Positions 62,071 to 64,000 of a stretch of 64,000 nucleotides of DNA are shown here, piece by piece. Position 1 is the stretch's first letter. Every line of letters begins with the position of its first letter. This DNA is from Blepharisma stoltei ATCC 30299 (taxonomy: Eukaryota > Protista > Ciliophora): positions 532,158 through 596,157 of the forward strand of contig CBFDEM010000010.1 of the NCBI GenBank assembly GCA_965603825.1, read 5' to 3'. The notes under the pieces were generated by a model. That model did no database searches, was not told where the DNA came from, and worked only from the letters and a program-made list of their open reading frames with translations. A program made the translations under genes and the position numbers.

Positions 62071-64000
62071 TTAGGGTGTTAGGGTGTTAGGGTGTTAGGG
62101 TGTTAGGGTGTTAGGGTGTTAGGGTGTTAGGGTGTTAGGGTGTTAGGGTGTTAGGGTGTTAGGGTGTTAGGGTGTTAGGGTGTTAGGGTGTTAGGGTGTT
62201 AGGGTGTTAGGGTGTTAGGGTGTTAGGGTGTTAGGGTGTTAGGGTGTTAGGGTGTTAGGGTGTTAGGGTGTTAGGGTGTTAGGGTGTTAGGGTGTTAGGG
62301 TGTTAGGGTGTTAGGGTGTTAGGGTGTTAGGGTGTTAGGGTGTTAGGGTGTTAGGGTGTTAGGGTGTTAGGGTGTTAGGGTGTTAGGGTGTTAGGGTGTT
62401 AGGGTGTGTTAGGGTGTTAGGGTGTTAGGGTGTTAGGGTGTTAGGGTGTTAGGGTGTTAGGGTGTTAGGGTGTTAGGGTGTTAGGGTGTTAGGGTGTTAG
62501 GGTGTTAGGGTGTTAGGGTGTTAGGGTGTTAGGGTGTTAGGGTGTTAGGGTGTTAGGGTGTTAGGGTGTTAGGGTGTTAGGGTGTTAGGGTGTTAGGGTG
62601 TTAGGGTGTTAGGGTGTTAGGGTGTTAGGGTGTTAGGGTGTTAGGGTGTTAGGGTGTTAGGGTGTTAGGGTGTTAGGGTGTTAGGGTGTTAGGGTGTTAG
62701 GGTGTTAGGGTGTTAGGGTGTTAGGGTGTTAGGGTGTTAGGGTGTTAGGGTGTAGGGTGTTAGGGTGTTAGGGTGTTAGGGTGTTAGGGTGTTAGGGTGT
62801 TAGGGTGTTAGGGTGTTAGGGTGTTAGGGTGTTAGGGTGTTAGGGTGTTAGGGTGTTAGGGTGTTAGGGTGTTAGGGTGTTAGGGTGTTAGGGTGTTAGG
62901 GTGTTAGGGTGTTAGGGTGTTAGGGTGTTAGGGTGTTAGGGTGTTAGGGTGTTAGGGTGTTAGGGTGTTAGGGTGTTAGGGTGTTAGGGTGTTAGGGTGT
63001 TAGGGTGTTAGGGTGTTAGGGTGTTAGGGTGTTAGGGTGTTAGGGTGTTAGGGTGTTAGGGTGTTAGGGTGTTAGGGTGTTAGGGTGTTAGGGTGTGTAG
63101 GGTGTTAGGGTGTTAGGGTGTTAGGGTGTTAGGGTGTTAGGGTGTTAGGGTGTTAGGGTGTTAGGGTGTTAGGGTGTTAGGGTGTTAGGGTGTTAGGGTG
63201 TTAGGGTGTTAGGGTGTTAGGGTGTTAGGGTGTTAGGGTGTTAGGGTGTTAGGGTGTTAGGGTGTTAGGGTGTTAGGGTGTTAGGGTGTTAGGGTGTTAG
63301 GGTGTTAGGGTGTTAGGGTGTTAGGGTGTTAGGGTGTTAGGGTGTTAGGGTGTTAGGGTGTTAGGGTGTTAGGGTGTTAGGGTGTTAGGGTGTTAGGGTG
63401 TTAGGGTGTTAGGGTGTTAGGGTGTTAGGGTGTTAGGGTGTTAGGGTGTTAGGGTGTTAGGGTGTTAGGGTGTTAGGGTGTTAGGGTGTTAGGGTGTTAG
63501 GGTGGGTGTAGGGTGTTAGGGTGTTAGGGTGTTAGGGTGTTAGGGTGTTAGGGTGTTAGGGTGTTAGGGTGTTAGGGTGTTAGGGTGTTAGGGTGTTAGG
63601 GTGTTAGGGTGTTAGGGTGTTAGGGTGTTAGGGTGGTTAGGGTGTTAGGGTGTTAGGGTGTGGGTGTTAGGGTGTTAGGGTGTTAGGGTGTTAGGGTGTT
63701 AGGGTGTTAGGGTGTTAGGGTGTTAGGGTGTTAGGGTGTTAGGGTGTTAGGGTGTTAGGGTGTTAGGGTGTTAGGGTGTTAGGGTGTTAGGGTGTTGGGT
63801 GTTAGGGGTTAGGTGTTAGGGTGTAGGGTGTTAGGGTGTTAGGGTGTTAGGGTGTTAGGGTGTTAGGGTGTTAGGGTGTTAGGGTGTTAGGGTGTTAGGG
63901 TGTTAGGGTGTTAGGGTGTTAGGGTGTTAGGGTGTTAGGGTGTTAGGGTGTTAGGGTGTTAGGGTGTTAGGGTGTTAGGGTGTTAGGGTGTTAGGGTGTT
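62071..64000 (+). repeat. Telomeric repeat (TGTTAGGG)n = (CCCTAACA)n, about 240 units
   Basis: Near-perfect 8-mer tandem array running to the window end, with the G-rich strand oriented outward. Confidence 0.98.

Noticed and set aside
62071-64000. CRISPR array or satellite
   Set aside because: It is a spacer-less 8-mer matching the heterotrich telomere unit at the sequence end.

Overview
Eukaryotic, AT-rich, gene-dense DNA ending in at least 1.9 kb of (TGTTAGGG)n telomere. Three features together point to a heterotrich ciliate macronuclear chromosome end, most likely Blepharisma or a relative: the CCCTAACA telomere unit, in-frame TGA read as Trp, and 15-nt GT..AG introns. The supplied ORF track uses the wrong code and fragments most genes, so I re-read them by hand with TGA=Trp. 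The window has three zones. (1) About 1-25.6 kb is an accessory island of segmental duplications. It carries a family of Zn-finger/coiled-coil/Kelch-like propeller genes with variable propellers, a membrane-anchored member, a Zn-finger-kinase chimera, a secreted plant-type LRR protein, decayed Arf, calmodulin and kinase copies, and a bacterial-type AAA-ATPase + PD-(D/E)XK nuclease gene between ~1.7 kb direct repeats. (2) About 26-57 kb is intact core genes: two MFS transporters, a DOMON protein, an IQ protein, two GH38 mannosidases, a two-repeat polycystin-2-like channel, a BT1 transporter, an ankyrin protein and pescadillo. (3) About 57.5-62 kb is a subtelomere holding inverted copies of pieces from the window start, including a kinase-coiled-coil-Kelch chimera next to the telomere. 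The best candidate for a new system is a modular, shuffling, diversifying sensor/effector (conflict or immunity-like) gene island. That function is inferred, not shown.
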